From: Octopus bimaculoides
Lineage: Eukaryota
Direction: 5' to 3'
DNA length: 64,000 nt
Assembly: GCF_001194135.2 (NCBI RefSeq)
Contig: NC_068988.1
Span: forward strand, 73,220,008 to 73,284,007
Shown: piece by piece, positions 62,967 through 64,000 of the stretch
Position numbering within the stretch: the first letter of the stretch is position 1
How the letters are laid out: every line of letters begins with the position of its first letter
The notes under the pieces: generated by a model
The model's database searches: none
What the model was told of the DNA's origin: nothing
The model's input: the letters and a program-made list of their open reading frames with translations, nothing else
Program-made: the position numbers and the translations under genes

Positions 62967-63866
62967 CGAGGGGGTACTGATAAGAAACCAGAATTTGGCA
63001 ATATTATTTTATTCACTTAGTTTTACATGTTTACACTTTTATCGCCTTCAAAGCATTCTCCATTTGAAGCAATGCATTGATTCAAATGCATTTTCCACTG
63101 TTTGAAGCAATCCTGTAACTTTAGTGAAGTGGTGCCTTTTAATGCCCCTGTCATTCTATTTTTCTTCTCTTCCACATCTACAAAACGTCTTCCTTTAAGG
63201 AATTTTTTTCTTTTGGGGTAAAAATAAAAGACACAGGAAGTAAGATCAACTTCCAACTGTTCTTTCAGCTCACAACACTCATTCAGTCATGACGGCTTTT
63301 GATCTTCTATGAGCAAATGAAGCACAAATTTTGCTGCAACTCTTTTCATTTGGAATTCCTCACTCAAAATTCGTTGGTAGGAACTCCAGAACACACCAAT
63401 CATATCAACAAGTTCATAAACTGTTCAATGATTGTCCTCCAAGATCATTTCGGGAATTTTCGTGATGTTTTCATTTGTTCGGGAGTTGACGGTCGTCCTG
63501 AATGAGGTTGGTCTTCAAGTGACAAATGACCATTCCTAAAGCATGAAAATCACTCGTAAACTTGTGTTTTACTCATAGCAGTGAACTTGTAAGTGATTTG
63601 GAGCATGACAACTGTTTCAGCTGTGGTTTTCCCCAGCAGAAAACAGAATTTCATGGAAGCATACTGTTCCTTCATTTCAGTCATTGCAAAAATCAACAAC
63701 CAAGGGGGGAGCACTGCAAAACAAAGACTCTCCATGTGGCAGTAGAACACTGGTCAGCAGACTGATACCCAAGAGTTGCATCAAGTGACGTCTAGTGGTG
63801 GAAGCCTGAACTACAATGGGCTTGTCCCATAGAGAGCGTTTGTGGTTACTTTTGGGTACCTCCTCG
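62967..63866 (-). mobile_element. Internally deleted mariner with both TIRs
   Basis: TA|cgagggggtactgataagaaaccagaa ... gttacttttgggtacctcctcg|TA. N-terminal MKFCFLLGK..AETV.MLQ joined to C-terminal LKGRRF.DVEE..CF.QWK...CIASNGECFEGD. Confidence 0.9.
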
Positions 63867-63919
63867 TATAAATATAGATAAATGGAAGAACACCCTGTAT
63901 GTGTGTGTGTGTGTGTGTG

Positions 63920-64000
63920 AAGGCTTGTGGCTTAGTGGTCAGGGTAATCGACTCACGATCATAAGGTTGTGAGTTCGATTCCCAGCAGTATGTTGTGTCC
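63920..64000 (+). mobile_element. SINE family C head, running off the window end
   Basis: ggcttgtggcttagtgg A-box-like motif and gagttcgattccc B-box. Confidence 0.75.

Noticed and set aside
1-64000. CRISPR arrays, rRNA genes or prokaryotic operons
   Set aside because: No repeat-spacer pattern or rRNA homology was seen; the sequence is eukaryotic, intron-like DNA.

Overview
Repeat-dense, AT-rich animal genomic DNA with several N-gaps. The SINE, RTE and Penelope repertoire and the microsatellite load suggest an Octopus-like coleoid cephalopod (inference). Only one host coding exon is recognisable: a 562-nt internal exon (50404-50965, +) of a KLF6/7 (luna-type) Kruppel-like factor, running from the N-terminal motif [13 protein letters not shown] through an acidic/Ser-rich region to zinc finger 1. 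Neither the first exon nor the ZF2/ZF3 exons could be found, so much of the window is probably intron. The rest is mostly transposon relics: RTE LINEs of several families, Penelope-like elements, a Gypsy relic, an R4-like RLE LINE, Helitrons, mariner/Tc1/pogo/piggyBac/hAT MITEs, a probable KDZ/Zisupton relic and several tRNA-type SINE families. The most notable signal is a 351-bp fold-back (39527-39877) whose two arms each carry a type I hammerhead ribozyme motif. The antisense copy has an intact catalytic core, while the copy on the KLF sense strand is split by a 16-nt insertion. Other unusual structures are a second hammerhead beside a Penelope fragment, a telomeric-repeat palindrome nested in two elements, a snap-back inverted RTE end and an RTE with twin-priming-like geometry. 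All family calls come from motif recognition by eye, with no database searches. Almost all ORF-track entries are microsatellite, N-gap or decayed-TE artefacts.
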